From an uncultured delta proteobacterium (GTDB taxonomy: Bacteria > Desulfobacterota > Binatia > UBA9968): a stretch of 64,000 bases of DNA. Position 1 is the first letter of the stretch. Each line of letters begins with the position of its first letter. The notes beneath the pieces were generated by a model. That model was not told where the DNA came from, did no database searches, and saw only the letters and a list, made by a program, of their open reading frames with translations. The stretch is from NCBI GenBank assembly GCA_963847445.1, contig CAWJZV010000027.1, positions 1 through 64,000 of the forward strand, written 5' to 3'. Both the position numbers and the translations under genes were made by a program. Below are positions 62,167 to 64,000 of this stretch, piece by piece.

Positions 62167-62771
62167 TTATTTCAGCGTCGCGTAATACGTCGCCAGGTCG
62201 GCGAAGTCGGCTTCGGTGAGTCCTTTGAAGCTAAGCTTTTTGGCTTCTGCCAATTCGGCGATTTCCAATTTGCGCTTATCGCCGGCGAACAGCGCCATCT
62301 GAGTCTGGAGAAAGCCCTTGGGTTGTCCGCGTAGGGCCGGGATGACACGTTCGCTTTCGCCGTCGCCTTTGGGGCCGTGGCAGGCGATGCACTGGCTGGC
62401 GAGGGTGGCGCCGCGGCTGAGTGCTTTGGCCTCGACCTTTACGTTGGCTAGCGCAGGCTTTTTTTGGCTGGCGAAATAATCCGCGATCTCATCCAAGCCG
62501 AACTGCAGGACATACTTCGAGTAGGGCTCCATCTCCGGCGACGGGCGTTTGCCCTCGGCGTAGTCCTTGATGGCTTTCTTAAAATAGTTGGCGTTCATGC
62601 CGGCGAGCACCGGCATATGCTGACCCGGCGTGTTGCCGGCAAAGCCGTGACAGGCGCTGCACACGAGGGATTTCTGCGCGCCGGGAGAATCGAGGGGGCC
62701 GGCGCTGGCCGTTGCCGTAAGAATAACCGATTCGCAAAAAGGCTCATTGCCATGAAGGGTAATCTACGCAT
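62167..62771 (-). CDS. Di-heme cytochrome c (c4/c553-like); signal-peptide region frameshifted
   Basis: CSACH and CIACH, PVLAG and PALRGQ; hydrophobic N-terminus from ATG 62771. Confidence 0.85.
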
Positions 62772-62929
62772 GAAAGTCTCGCCCAGCTGTAGCAGGTGTT
62801 GCGGGGGGCGGGCCGTGGCCGTTGGCGACGTGTGGGTGCTGAATGATTGTTTGGTATTTGCTCGCGGCGTGGAATCAAGAAAAAAAACAAGTGGGTGTGC
62901 TCAAGTTTTGATTATGCTATGAAAACAGC

Positions 62930-63613
<684 letters not shown>

Positions 63614-63820
63614 TTCACAGGTTCAAGGTTCAACGGAAGAATCTCGGAATCGTCCTTCCCCGCGAATCTTGAAATTGAACGTTGAACCCTTAAATCTAAT
63701 ATTCCCCGCAGCTTGCTGCGGGCACAAAATTGCTGGGGTTTCCAAAGGGGGTTGAACATCCCCTTTGGTCGCGAGCGGGGTTCATACCCCGATCGCGAAA
63801 TGCCGGTTGATATTTGACTC

Positions 63821-64000
63821 ATGTCTTATCCGACCAACGAACAAGAGGCGCTGGTCGCCTTGAGAGGCGACGATGCCGAGCTGGCGGCGACGGCGGAGGC
63901 GATGCTTTGGGGTCTTTGGTGCCGTTCGGCGGATTCTGAGACCGATCGACTGTTTCGCGCCGGCGTCGATGCCATGCAGAACCGCCGGCTCGAAGAGGCG
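63821..64000 (+). CDS. Probable TPR-containing protein (3'-partial)
   Basis: MSYPTNEQEAL...AEAMLWGLWCRSAD..DRLFRAGVDAM..RRLEEA; open to the window end. Confidence 0.65.
   Translation, partial: MSYPTNEQEALVALRGDDAELAATAEAMLWGLWCRSADSETDRLFRAGVDAMQNRRLEEA

Overview
GC-rich bacterial chromosomal segment with about 55 genes. It is dominated by small-molecule uptake and catabolism: 13 periplasmic solute-binding proteins (6 NMT1/SsuA-like, 4 TctC/Bug, 3 Fe3+/polyamine-type) but only one ABC permease and ATPase, five tandem paralogous MFS transporters, amidohydrolases, LLM monooxygenases, alpha/beta and MBL hydrolases, msrP, mscS and a di-heme cytochrome c. This gene mix is what I associate with Candidatus Binatia (former Deltaproteobacteria); the taxonomy is inference. 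Roughly a third of genes carry 1-bp indels, most simply long-read consensus errors, so I joined frames by hand and some boundaries are approximate. No rRNA, tRNA, CRISPR array, integrase or transposase was seen. Best leads: (1) a catabolic operon with two M24/pita-bread paralogs that have both lost the metal ligands in the same way, flanked by two divergent ornithine-cyclodeaminase-family genes and an ABC importer (eutC/eutD-like logic, unknown substrate); (2) nearly every intergenic gap is filled with short-period inverted tandem repeats, REP-like hairpins and nested MITEs; (3) toxin-antitoxin and defence debris at the 3' ends of binding-protein genes, in one case bracketed by an ~89-bp duplication of the host gene's 3' end; (4) the five-gene MFS tandem array; (5) several enzymes with specific active-site substitutions.
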